Made by a program: the position numbers and the translations under genes. DNA of 63,344 bases, filler included, from Collodictyon triciliatum (lineage: Eukaryota): NCBI GenBank assembly GCA_043381765.1. It is 7 parts of 7 records of this genome, joined end to end, with 100 filler letters (N's around TTAATTAATTAA, not from the genome) between each part and the next. Parts side by side here need not be neighbours in the genome. Positions count along the whole stretch, not along the records: positions 1 to 8,903 come from JBHJMP010003210.1; positions 9,004 to 17,990 come from JBHJMP010003211.1; 5 more parts are not named here. One strand, 5' to 3'. This document shows positions 1 to 12,271 of this stretch, piece after piece. The notes under the pieces are model-generated. The model saw only the letters and a program-made list of their open reading frames with translations, was not told where the DNA came from and ran no database searches. Positions within the stretch are counted from its first letter, which is position 1. Each line of letters opens with the position of its first letter.

Positions 1-802
1 TTTTTTTGTTTTTTTGTTTTTTTGTTTTTTTTGTTTTTTTGTTTTTTTTGTTTTTTGTTTTTTGTTTTTTGTTTGTTTTGTTTGTTTTGTTTTTTGTTTT
101 TTGTTTTTTGTTTTTTGTTTTTTGTTTTTTTGTTAATTAACATGAGCGGAAGTAGCGATGCTAAGCGGCGCAGATTTAAGGGTTTTTGGAAGATCGAGCA
201 GGCCTTTTTCTATGGACATTCGACGAATGCACGGTAATTGAGCGATTACTAAGCAGTTTGGACATTTTAAATTGCGAGTATATTCCACACCTGTCCATAT
301 TCTATGGAAAGTCGGCTTATGCGTCACCAAGATTTATGACGTCACGTTATGACGAAAACGTCGAACTAGCATGTCCATATATCCGCATGATACTGGCAAA
401 TATTCCAATGCAATTTGCGGTCTTTCGCACCTTGACAACCAAGTCTGCGATTCCGATCTGCTTGATCAGTGATCTCAAAGCCACTTATTTCCATCAGACT
501 AAAAACCGGGCGGCTGCGGGTTGTGTGGATCTCGGCACTTAAGTTTAAAGCAAAAGAAGCAGAAACAAAAGCCAGAAAGAAGCAAAAAAAAAACAGTCTG
601 TTTCTCGAGCGAATGTTGGGGAATAATCGGCTTGAATCTGCAAGAGAGTCTGTGCCAAGTCCGATAATTCCTTTGAAACCCCCTTTTTCGATCGTTCGAG
701 TCGGGCTTTGTCCTTTTGATTTTATAGGATCTGTTAACAGGTTCCCTTCCAAATACAAAAAGTAGGTCTCAAGCCAGACAGATCTTAATTACACGCTTCT
801 AA

Positions 803-2640
803 ATGGTTTGTTACCTTCTACAATGCCGCTCGCTGTTGCAACAATGTCACAAACAGACAGACCGCAACCACTCTTAATATACTCTTTCACGAAAAAAAAA
901 GTATGCTGTCTTCTTACAATTATACACTCTTTCATTATTATTTTATACAAAATCACGACAAAATCCCTGTCTGAATCTTTTCATAGGCTCTCTACTCCAT
1001 CCGCAACATATTGATACTCGATGCTGAAGGGAAGCGGGTTCTCTGCAAATACTACTCGCAAGATTTTCCCACGCTCCAGGTACTTACTTATAGGCGTTCG
1101 ACTCAAGACTAACCAAATATTTTGAACTATATATGTGTGTAATATGAACGATTATTTCATTAAAAACAATTGAATTGAAGGCTCAGCAACAATACGAAAA
1201 AAATCTTTTCGCAAAAACACACAAAACACCAGGTGTGTCAATTTCCTTGCCCTCCTTTTTTTCATTTCATTTCCATTTCTTTTTCTTTTATGTTTCTTTT
1301 ATGTTTCTTTTATGTTTCTTTTATGTTTCTTTTATGTTTCTTTTATGTTTCTTTTATGTTTCTTTTATGTTTCTTTTATGTTTCTTTTATGTTTCTTTTA
1401 TGTTTCTTTTATGTTTCTTTTATGTTTCTTTTATGTTTCTTTTATGTTTCTTTTATGTTTCTTTTATGTTTCTTCCTTCATCGACTATACTCATTTTTTT
1501 CATTCGATGTAAAGTCATAATATCACTATCTACTTATTGCGTACTCGACACAAATATAACCTTTTATCAAATAGATGGCGAGGTCATCTTCTTTGAGAAT
1601 CTGGTCTCCGTTTATCGAACCACTGCTGATTTATACATTTACATGTCCGGTGGTAGCGATGAAAACGAAATCCTGTTGATGAATTCTCTCGGCACATTAT
1701 TTGAAGCTCTGACCACTCTTTTGAGGTTCATAACTGTATTTATTGTGTGTGTTTTTTTTTTTCTTTATTTCTTTTTTCACTCGATTTATCTTTCGCTTTT
1801 TTCTTTCAAATCCTCTAATTTTGGCTCCGGGTCTGGTTGAAACAAAAAAATGCATGTTTACTTTCTAACCTAACACGGCTATTTAATGCGCCATAGAGGC
1901 CAAGTGGAAAAACGCGTTGTACTGGACAACTACGAGCTTCTGCTTCTAGCAGTCGATGAATTAATTGATGGCGGGTGCGAACCTCTTTACTTTTTTCATA
2001 CATGCACACATGCTTTTGTTGAGATTGGTTTTTTTTCTTTTTCTTGTTTTTTGTTTTTTTTTGTTTTTTTTTTGTTTTTTTTTGTTTTTGGTTTGTTTTT
2101 TTGTTTGTTTTTTGGCTGGATTTATTTTATTTTATTTTATTTTTGGTAATGTATAAAATAAATCCTTACAAATGAATAAACCAATAAAAGCATCATCGTC
2201 GAGAGTGAAGCGTCCGCACTCGTTCAAAAAGTCACTATGCGGTCCGAGAATGATCCACCCTCGACGGAGCAAACTTTGACCCAAGTAAGAGTATATCATT
2301 CACACGCGATTTCACGTTTGTTGAGAGGAAAATGTTCCGCTATTGTAAATCTGTTTATTCATTTTCTTTGATAAATTCGATTTGATTTTTTGCGCGTGCT
2401 TTTGATTCCTTTTTTCATTTCTCTAATGGTCTATTCATTGTTTGTTTGATTTTTGATTTTTGATTTTTGATTTTTGATTTTTGATTTTTGATTTTTGATT
2501 TTTGATTTTTGCTTTTGATTTTCGCTTTTGATTTTTGCTTTTGATTTTTGGCTGATTGGTTGTTTGGTTGATTGCAATCACAATAGGCTTTGCAAACTGC
2601 AAAGGAGCAGATGACAAGAGCTCTTCGTCAAGGGAACTAA
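803..2640 (+). CDS. COPZ1: Coatomer subunit zeta (spliced, 7 exons)
   Basis: GT-AG exons join in frame: M|ALYSIRNILILDAEGKRVLCKYY..|AQQQYEKNLFAKT..|DGEVIFFENLVSVYR..GGSDENEILL..|GQVEKRVVLDNYELLLLAVDELIDGG|IIVESE..EQTLTQ|ALQTAKEQMTRALRQGN-TAA. Typical zeta-COP motifs. Confidence 0.93.
1285..1475. repeat. Intronic minisatellite (TTTTATGTTTC)n
   Basis: Tandem 11-mer inside a COPZ intron. Confidence 0.9.
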
Positions 2641-3354
2641 AGCAGAAGAGAAAGGAAAGAAAAATAAGGCGATTGAATAAACTTGAAAAGAATGAAAAAA
2701 CGACATCTCCTGAACTGAGAACATACACAACAAAACCATGGACGACACTCTAAAAATAATGATGAATCTTATTTCGCATATATGAGTAAATTGATAAATA
2801 TTATTTCGAGACAATAGAGCCTACCATCACTGTTTAAAGGAGATGAGGATGAGAAAAAAGGCAAAGAAATAGGTCACAACCAGAAAGCAGCATCGCAATA
2901 GGTCTGTCCCGAAGAGTTCCGCCAGCCACTATCAGCAGCGCCTTCAGAGACCATCATTTCCTCAACTTGATTATCTGTTAGCCTTAATCTCAAATGATAG
3001 TTTATTTTTGCTCCATAGCACCATCCACACCCACCGCGTCAAAATCACAACGCAGCGCTGTCAATCTTTCCCCCTGCTTCGTTGCGGCTCCGCACCGGCG
3101 TTCTGATTGCGCGATGACGCTGTCGGGCTTGGTTTGGGGTTGACACTCTTTTCGGACCACACTCGCGCCTGCAAACGCGGGGGATTCGGCTCGGTTGCGT
3201 GTGTGGCGGATTCCTTCATCGCTTCTCTCGTTGTCGCTGCGGACGTGGAAATCTGAATCCGCTGTGTGGTCCACTCTCCGATGCAGCGGCCGAGCGGCTG
3301 GTCTGGAAAGGGTGGTTGAGTGTCGGAAGCAGCAGGAGACTTGCGTATCTTTAC

Positions 3355-3565
3355 TTATGTATTTTTATGTCTTTTTTTTATGTCTTTTTTTATGTCTTTT
3401 TTATGTCTTTTTTTATGTCTTTTTTTTATGTCTTTTTTTTATGTCTTTTTTTTTTGTTTTTTTTTTTTTTTTTTTTTTTTTGTCTTTTTTTTTATGTCTT
3501 TTTTTTTATGTCTTTTTTTTTATGTCTTTTTTTTTATGTCTTTTTTTTTATGTCTTTTTTTTATG

Positions 3566-3628
<63 letters not shown>

Positions 3629-3745
3629 CTTTTTTTATGTCTTTTTTTTTATGTCTTTTTTTATGTCTTTTTTTATGTCTTTTTTTATGTCTTTTTTTAT
3701 GTCTTTTTTTATGTCTTTTTTTTATGTCTTTTTTTATGTCTTTTA
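3355..3745. repeat. T-rich simple repeat (Tn-ATGTC)n with poly-T
   Basis: Directly visible; source of spurious Phe/Lys-rich ORFs. Confidence 0.9.
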
Positions 3746-3814
3746 AATCTTTTAAATCTTTGTTCTCGTTGTTGTTGTTTGGTCTATATGGCGGATGGGC
3801 GCTATGCTGAGGGT

Positions 3815-6177
3815 TCACTGCTTCTTACTGAGTTTCTCGTTTGGTCTCGCTGCATCGGGGCTCTGTTGCAAAAGGGGTGTAAGCGCCGACTGCGTCCGTT
3901 CGGGCCTGTTCAGTGTTCTACCGTCTCGATTTACAGACAAAGTAAACACTGTGGTGATTGTAGCTCCTGTGGTGGTCGACGATGGCTTTGCAATCGCCGG
4001 TGGAGTCGTCATCACCAATGGCAATTGTTTTGTCGTTTTTGTTGGGCTTGGAAATGATGTAGTTGATGATGACGGTGCTGATATGGGTTGTCCAGTGAGC
4101 GAATTCGGCGCACGATGGATAGGCTTCTTTGTTGCTGATGATGTTGCGAGTAGAACGGGGCTATCTGAAGCACTTGATGGCGGTGGTGTGGTTGACTCCT
4201 TCGCGAGCCGAATGGTAACTAACGGGATGGTCTCTTTCACTTTCAAAGTATCTGCAGCTGATACGTGAGTCGATACGTTTGTTTGTGGCTGTGGCTGTTG
4301 TTGTGGTTGTGTTTTCATTTGTGTTTTCTCTGGCTTCAGTTTGATTGTGATGAATGACGAGGGTGCAGTGGGGTTTGTCTCGGATTCAGGCGCGGCTTCT
4401 GCTGATGCTCTGGCTTCACTCGATGAATGATTAGACTCTACGACCTTGGTTTCATCAGTGCTGTTAATTACCTGCTTACGACGATACACAGCGCCATTCG
4501 CAGCATATGTTCTATTTGATCCAGCGGTCTTTGCGTTTGTGTTTGCGTTTGCATTTGTGTTTGCGTTTGCGTTTGCATTTGCGTTTGCGTTTGAGACTAT
4601 TTTGTCTTGTGTAGATTTGGTTCTCTCATCTGCGCTATAATGCTGGTGTACTTTTCCTTGTTCTGTGCTTTGTGGGTGACTCACTCGGTCTTGTGACTCT
4701 GATACACGTTCATTTCCCTGCAGGGGTTTGCGTGAATCGGGCGTTTTGCGTGTGCGCTGTTGAGAGAAAGACTCCTGATCAATATGGCTCGTATGTCTTT
4801 GTTTGTTAGAAATTGATATGGCTGGCTCAGTAGTATCATTTGTCTGGTAGATCTCTTTGGTTTCTGAATGCTCTAGTGTGGTGGCAATCAAAGACGTAGG
4901 GTTTGCATGATGCTCATTCGGATGCAAAGGTAGTGTAACCGTTTCAGTAGTTTCTGTGGAATTCGAGCTTCCTTTCAATATTATAATTACTTCCGGATTG
5001 ATGATGCCCGTTTTTGCACGATGTGCCTCTTGCTTTTTTGGCTTTTCGGTTCTGTGGGATACGACTGAGGTGCCCATCTCGGATGTCTGCTGTTGAGATT
5101 CAGTGGTATTTTTAGGGTCCATTTCTTTGATATTTTCATTTGGTGATTCGTTCTTTTCATTTCGCTGCCCTTTTCGTCTCGATTTTCTCCCAGAAATCTG
5201 TAATATTGGGCTACCTTCTGCCAAAGTTTTTGTGATTTCCTCTGTCTCGATGGATTTAGTTACATCCAGAACTTTGGATTCGAGATTTAGGACAGCTTTA
5301 TCGCTGGAAAGTTGTTTAGTCTCGCCCTTTTTCTCTTCCAGTTTTTTCATTAGTCTTATGCTTACCTGCTTCTGCTCTTCTTTAGCTCTCTCCTCGCGCA
5401 GTCGCATTTCTTCGGCCTTTTTCCGCGCTTGAACAATCATGAATGTCTTTTGGTCTCTTACTGCGTTGAGTTCCTCTTCTGACAGCGACGGGACTTGTAA
5501 GTCATGTAACGTATTGTTACTATCATCGACAGTTTCGAAATTCAGTGTTCTACTCTCGTTCAGATAGTTCAATCCGCTTCTCCTTTCCGTGTTTGTTTGG
5601 CGTGTGGGTGTCAAGCCGACTTTCTGAAGCTCCTTTTCACGAATTTGCCGCGCCTCAAGCTCTAGCCGTTCTCTTTGCTGTCGTTCTAAGTCTGCCTTTC
5701 TTTTCTTTTCTGCCAAGAAATGAAGGGAATGGAGCGATACCGATGATTCATTGAGGTCGCTATGATTATCTCGGCTGATTTATTTATTCAGAAAAAATAA
5801 TCAGTAAAGTGTGAGAGAAAGATGGAAATTATGATAAGTTTAGCTATTCTTACTGGAGTGAAATGTTTCTGGCATCAACAACAAATTATAGGAAGTAAAA
5901 TGAAAGAAATTTGTGTTAAGTATTTTATGGCTTATGATTGCAACGAAAACGGTAATAAAATGCTTTTGAACGGTAAAACCAACCTATCCCTCGACCATCT
6001 ATCGGGGTCAGTGATGGGACTCGCTCTGGTTGCTTTATCCAAATAAGAGTCTGTTGCATCAGGCTTCTTTTTACCATTTCGTCCTCTTCGTTGTCCTTCA
6101 TTCTCCTGTCGGTCACCGGAGCCTGCACCGACAAAAATATAGGGAAATATTCACAACATCATTCACTTATTGAAAAA

Positions 6178-6224
<47 letters not shown>

Positions 6225-6225
6225 T

Positions 6226-6262
<37 letters not shown>

Positions 6263-6981
6263 GGGAGTGATATGAATTACAGGATAATAGACTATATTAG
6301 CCAACTAATGAATTGAATTTGACGATGAATACAACAACGAAATAAGAATTGAATATTAAATAGAGAAAAGAAACGGACATACCGTTTTCGGTATTTGCTT
6401 GAGCGGCGCTAACTCCTGGTGAAGCAACATTTGTACTCGTGGGATTTGAGTACGTCCTTTCATCAACGACCGGCGAACCATCTGGATAGCATTCCTCCAC
6501 AATATTGACCCAGCTGACTGAAGATTAATAAACAGAGAATATAAAAAACTTCATGAATCAAGTATCAAATTGGTAAGTAAATATTGCACTTGTGAACATG
6601 TGTGTATGAGTGAAAAGTTGTTTGAAGGAGCATATTTTGTTATTTAACTATGGTTTCATAAAAGAATTTAATTTACCAGAAAACAACATAGGACTGAAAA
6701 AATTATGTTGGAACATATCCATGAAAATGATAGATAAATAAATAAGTAGATAAAGATACAGCGATAGAAATAAAAAAAATAAAAAAAATTGAAGCATAAT
6801 TTCTTTTTAACGCTGCAAACGCTATTTGAATGAGGCTTTGGTTGAAATATTCTTATCATATGGACCTATGTCATAAAGTAATAAAGACGAATGTAATACT
6901 TTTAGCTGGTGTACTCTTCACTGAGGTATTTTCCTTTAGCTCATGGCTTTCGCCTTCATGATCAGCCTCTTTGGATGCCAT
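3815..6981 (-). CDS. Uncharacterised low-complexity, coiled-coil protein (spliced; a further 3' exon near 3000-3340 is possible)
   Basis: 633-aa open exon 3815-5716 (charged coiled coil, then S/T/P-rich with an NA repeat); three small upstream exons from ATG at 6981 can be joined in frame. Confidence 0.6.
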
Positions 6982-7609
6982 CGTATTGCTCCTTTGTAAT
7001 GGGGTGCGCTTTAATCTATTAGAAGTGAGCATGGTTTCGTTGAATGTCCAGTTGGATACTTTTGGGCATGAAGGCCCTTTCCTTTATTCGTTTTTTCTTT
7101 TTTTCTTTTTTTCTTTTTTTCTTTTTTTCTTTTTTTCTTTTTTTCTTTTTTTCTTTTTTTCTTTTTTTCTTTTTTTCTTTTTTTCTTTTTTGCAGATCTT
7201 CGTTGGTGGATTTAGGGAGCACTTTTGGCATATGGTAACCAGAAGTCGGCAAGAACAACTTAAGAAAGGACGTTAGTTATCATATCATATAATTCAGATT
7301 TTGTACATATATTTTACTTTTTGTATTTAAAAATGAAGCTTACAATGTCATATAGGTATATTCGTTTAAAATCCATTAATGGTATATCTTTTTGGTATGT
7401 TTCAACAAATCCATTTCTGGAACACAGCGCAGCACCAAGCACCAATGGCCTGAGCGGCGGCGAGGATGACTTTCTCCACCAAAAACGAAACTCGGGTTAC
7501 TTTTTTTTATTCCAACACATCGACTGCAGCAGCATTTTTCTTTAAAATCTGAAGTTTGTCTTGCTAAATCATTCTGAATCGCGTGGCGACAAACCCATAC
7601 AAGCTAATC

Positions 7610-8680
7610 TTACAGGTTATGCGGTGATGAATTTGCGCTGTTTGATTCCGAAAGACGCCGCCTGAAGAAAAAAAAGAGAGAGAAAAAGAACAAGTTCACA
7701 ATAAAAACAAACGACTAGGGGAAAATCACATGGGTTATTATTGATTGTCAGTCAGTCTAAACTCACCGTCGTATGACCTCGCCGTTTATCAAGCCAAGAT
7801 TGTCGTAATGCACCTTTTTTTTATTTTATTTTATCATAAATGTTCAAATAAAATAAAATAAAATCAATTTGTCTTCGAAACTAAAACAAAAACTAAAACT
7901 AAGGAGAAAAACAAAACATGGAAGAAATAGTGGAATTCTCTAAACATAGGGACTCACTCTTGTGAATGATGCATAAACGTCACTGTTATTGGCCGTGTCT
8001 GCCTGCTCTTGTTCATTCACATCAGACACAATTTCCTTTAATTCTAAGCTTAAATTCCTTCGACTGGCTGGGTTTGGTCCTTGGTCTGCAATTGTTGGCA
8101 GAATAAGAAAACTTTGTTTGATTTTTTATATTTTGTAAACAATCCGCAGAGCAATCTTTATGCGCTGAATATTGATTGTATTATTTTTTATTTATTTATA
8201 TTTTAATGAGGGAAGATTCCAAGCCCAGATAGAAAGAAAGTTATATCTTAAGTTGTGCAAAAAGAAATAATATTGATATGGGAGAGGTCTGTGTATGAAG
8301 ATATACTAATAAAAAAACAACCTTCAGCCTCAAAATAGCCTGTGTCTTCAGGGTTTGTTGGTTGTGGGACGAAGGGAGGTTCCTGCTCAAGCACTGTGTC
8401 CCATCTCACATCCCTGAAGAACGGATGGTTTTTGATTTCGTCTGGGGCTGCGGTGTTGTAAAGTCAACTTGAACTCCAAAGGAAATAAAAAAAAAGTATA
8501 TTTGTAGGAAAAGTATTAACAAGAACGGAAAACAATTGAAAAGAAAACATGAAAAGTGAAAATATATTAATCGATACATTTCGAACCGAGTCTTTTGGAC
8601 GGGTCAAGAGTCAAGAGGCTAGTTATCAGGTCGGTAGCTTCAAATGAGACATAAACTTCATCCGGCCAAATTAGGTCTTT
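7610..8680 (-). CDS. AGC-family Ser/Thr kinase, C-terminal part (MAST/IRE/Greatwall-like); 5' part lost at contig end
   Basis: Exons DLIWPDEVYVSFEATDLITSLLTLDPSKRLGSK|SPDEIKNHPFFRDVRWDTVLEQEPPFVPQPTNPEDTGYFEAE|..YASFTR|VHYDNLGLIN..: kinase subdomain XI plus AGC tail. Confidence 0.85.
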
Positions 8681-8903
8681 TGTTATTATTGTTATCATAG
8701 TTATCATTAGTAATAGTATTAATAATATTGCTTTTGTTGTTAAAAGAACAGAATAGAGTTTATTTTGCATCATGTCAAATTGACCGATTAAAATATCATC
8801 CAAAAACAAACAAACAAACAAACAAACAAACAAACAAACAAACAAACAAACAAACAAACAAACAAACAAACAAACAAACAAACAAACAAACAAACAAACA
8901 AAC

Positions 8904-9003
8904 NNNNNNNNNNNNNNNNNNNNNNNNNNNNNNNNNNNNNNNNNNNNTTAATTAATTAANNNNNNNNNNNNNNNNNNNNNNNNNNNNNNNNNNNNNNNNN
9001 NNN
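8904..9003. other. Artificial contig spacer (N44-TTAATTAATTAA-N44)
   Basis: Linker with stops in all six frames, flanked by Ns. Confidence 0.98.
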
Positions 9004-9123
9004 TTTTTCTTTTTCTTTTTCTTTTTCTTTTTCTTTTTCTTTTTCTTTTTCTTTTTCTTTTTCTTTTTCTTTTATCCCCTTCTCTTGGGTCTCATTCAGC
9101 CTGTAAATTGATAAACTTCATTA

Positions 9124-9613
9124 CAAGGGTTGAGACGAACTTGGTTTTATCCCTCTCAAGGCACAACACTTTTTAAACAACGAAAGTGTAACCATAAAGA
9201 AAAATCATTTTATTGCACAGACAACCGTCGATTTAAATATGTATTGACAAAAGCAGGAGCTTTGATGAATCCAAGAAAGAACTAGAATAACATAATAGTA
9301 TGATTAGTATATATAATAAGATTAAAATACTAAATAATCTCATTCTATTCTTGTAATCAATTTATATTTTATTTTCCATTTTGTAATATTACCATTAAAA
9401 TTCAAATTACAAACAATCCCTTGCCTTGGCTCAGACAGAACCCACCCTATAAACCTGCCACCAAACACGCATTTCAAAAAAGTATATTATCTTCACTTGC
9501 GACTATAATCATGTTGCTTGGGGCCTATATGTTAACTTTTAGTCGTAATGGCTATACAGCTGTACTTTCGAACTCGCCGAATCGGCTCTCAGCGTTTCGT
9601 CTCAAATCACTTG
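9124..9613. mobile_element. Putative non-autonomous TIR element (Tc1/mariner-like MITE) flanked by TA
   Basis: Left end TA|CAAGGGTTGAGACGAA; right end TTCGTCTCAAATCACTTG|TA (imperfect inverted repeat); no convincing ORF. Confidence 0.5.
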
Positions 9614-9802
9614 TAAAAAAACTTTGTGTGTTTGTTTGTCACAATGCGCATATATTATGAAATTCTCGGTAGATGATTAATTTTACATGAATCGATTATG
9701 CGTAGTTATAATTATTATTATTAAATTGACTGTTTGACTAAAGTTTTATTAAAATTGAAAGCTAGGTTTTTCTCAAGGAAAAAGTAAAACAAAGACTTTC
9801 AG

Positions 9803-11680
9803 ATGAAGAAAAGAAAACGCCTCGAGTCTGATAATCTAAAGTCTGTAAAACCACACTATCGAAATGTGAAAACATATTTAAAGTCGGATGTAAAGAATGC
9901 AGACGACTACGACAAAACCAACGATACGGGTTTATTGTGTCATAATTTGGTTACCAACACTTATCTGTTTGCAAGATGGTATATATTGAAATCGTAACAA
10001 CTCCAATAATCGATGAAAAGTTTTTTTTGTCCTTTAAAGGCAGTCGGAGTGATTTCACAAGATAGACCCGCAATTTAAAAATCCACATATGAGAGATGAC
10101 ATGATGACATTTTATCTCTATGATTTTCGATTCCTTTTGTCCCAAGAAGAACGCTTTCTGTTGGTTGGACTGTCTCATGTATTACCGTAGATGGCGAAGC
10201 AAATGTTAACAGCTTATCATAATAATACTAAGGAGCATTTTGTAAAGAGTTCACTTCACTTTATAAACCAAATAGTTCCTAAAGATGAGGATATTACGGA
10301 AGCTATTAAAAAGGCAGAGTTACGAAAGTTAAAAAAAAGCCATCTTCAAAAAACTCGAAATACAAGAACAATATAAAGAATGGACTATAATGCATTTGCA
10401 TCATATCATTCCCAGCGATATTGTAAATGGTATCGAATATGACGCCAAATTCAATCAAAATAAGTACATTCCATGTATGATTTACATGAATGGCATTTTT
10501 GAAGACATTGGAACCAAACTTTTTCAACCAATCCCTATAAGTACTAACAATATACCATTTCATATTACTCTAGATACTGCATGTTTGATTGGTCTATTAG
10601 TATTGTCTGGAAAAATATTATTGAAGAATATATCAGGATGCAATGAGACCATACGGGATGACTTCTTTGAAATGAAGAAGAGGGTCTTTCATCAAAGAGA
10701 CTACAATTTTAAATACATGATACAAACAGACGGCTTGGCAGTGTCATTATTGTTTGAAAAGAAAGGTATTTCAAATTCAAAATCCAAATATAATCAAACA
10801 ACCCAAGATTATGTTTATATAGATGAACTTTCCGAAGAGCACTTATCTTTATTAGCGAGAAAAAATAGTTGGAGTGGACGCAGGCAAGTTTAATATGGTT
10901 TACATGGTGGATGAGACAGGCAAGAAATTACGTTACACGGCACACCAAACAAGACATGATAGCAAATCTCTTAAAGATCACAAGATACTCTTGCGCGAGA
11001 GAAAAGAAAAATACAAAGCTTTCAGGGATATATGCATGGCAACAGATTTACAAAGTGCTTTTTCTTTTGGGCAAATGTCTTTTGAAGAGAATCAACAGTT
11101 TGAGGCATCAATAGTATCTTTAATCGATTTAGAGATATAACTGATTAAACAAAATTTATGCACGGTTGATTATGAAAAATTTCGAGAATATGCACCTATT
11201 AAATCAAGATAACAGACAGAACTTTCCAGATTTTATGAACAAGTACCTTTTTGAAAGATGAGATGGAGACAGATTGTTAATGCAAAAGGAAGTGAACAAT
11301 TGATTATGGACCGAATTGAAATGACTTTTGGCAAGGACGTTGTACTGGCGTATGGAGACTGGAGCAGAAAATATCCGATGAAACATTTTATGCCTACAAT
11401 CAGAAGAGGATAACGAAAAATACTATCCAAACGTTTTGAAACAGTTAGCGTGAATGAATTTAGAACCTCCAAGATGTGTTGTAACTGAGAAAAAGAACTG
11501 GTTATATGAAACTGAAAGGAAACTCAAAAAAAAAAAAAAAAGGTGCATAGATGTCTCATATGTAAAGGATGCAATCGCTCAGAAAGCAAACAAAGTGTAT
11601 TCTTGACAAGGGACTTTAACAGCGCCCATAATATACTCAATAAAGTTCTTTTAATCCTTCGAAAAATGCCTACCTCTCCT
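9803..11680 (+). pseudogene. Fanzor (eukaryotic TnpB-like RNA-guided RuvC nuclease, Fanzor1-like), frameshifted with premature stops
   Basis: Consecutive fragments: MLTAYHNN, IQTDGLAVSLLF, IVGVDAG (RuvC-I D at 10877), LAYGDWS, VNEFRTSKMCC (RuvC-II E at 11456), CLICKGC zinc ribbon, TRDFNSAHNIL (RuvC-III D at 11612). In-frame TAA at 11411, TGA at 11486 and several frameshifts. Confidence 0.85.
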
Positions 11681-11690
11681 CTAAAAAAAC

Positions 11691-11859
11691 AGGCTGTCGG
11701 GTTCTCTCCTGGCAGCCTTCACCACTACGCGACCTTTGTGAAACAAGCGGTGAGACCTTGGGTACTAGCGCACTAGGTTTACGATTCGAAAGATTGGTAT
11801 GCCCCTTTTAGTATATGTACGAAAATGTTAAGGCATTTCGAGTAATTTCCAGATCAGTG
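11691..11859 (+). ncRNA. Candidate Fanzor omegaRNA scaffold / element right end
   Basis: Stem AGGCTGTCGGG (11691-11701) / CCTGGCAGCCT (11708-11718) with G-U pairs; TCACC/GGTGA enclosing TTGT-GAA-ACAA; CTAG-CGCA-CTAG; all just 3' of RuvC-III. Confidence 0.45.
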
Positions 11860-12271
11860 CGTCGTTGTCTCCTTAATCGGGGCAATCAATTTGTGGCCTT
11901 GTGATTGGCAGCTCCTCATCGCTACCGACCCTCCCATTCCTTGAAACCGATGGAGTCTCTGATCAATCTACCGTTTCCCACACCGGCTCTCCTGTCTGCA
12001 TCCAACCGACCTGGATAACCTGGCAACAACACAGTATTAAGAAAAGTAGAAAAAAGGAAGGAAAAGAAAGGGAAAGGAAGGAAAAGGAAGGGAAAAGAAA
12101 GAAAGAAGGATAAACAAGGAAAAGGAAGGAAAAGGAAAAGGAAGGGAAAAGAAAGAAGGAAAAATAAGGAAAAATAAGGAAAAAAAAGGAAAAAGAAGGC
12201 GGTGGCTGCCCCTGACCTGCCAGAACCGCTCTAAGCAGCACACCTCTCACGCACCCCAACGCAGATAAGTA

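Noticed and set aside
1-237. Phe/Cys/Leu-rich or Lys-rich ORFs here and at 1233-1520, 3195-4057, 7019-7276, 35588-36200, 44935-45269, 54387-54596 and 58573-58770
   Set aside because: They are translations of simple-sequence repeats in introns or intergenic DNA
133-760. Possible divergent gene upstream of COPZ
   Set aside because: Candidate exons contained stops in all frames tried; not supportable
11411-11488. In-frame TAA and TGA in the Fanzor ORF as possible stop-codon reassignment
   Set aside because: They co-occur with frameshifts, and host genes here end in TAA (COPZ, STT3), TGA (Ariadne) and TAG (PP2C) with no internal stops
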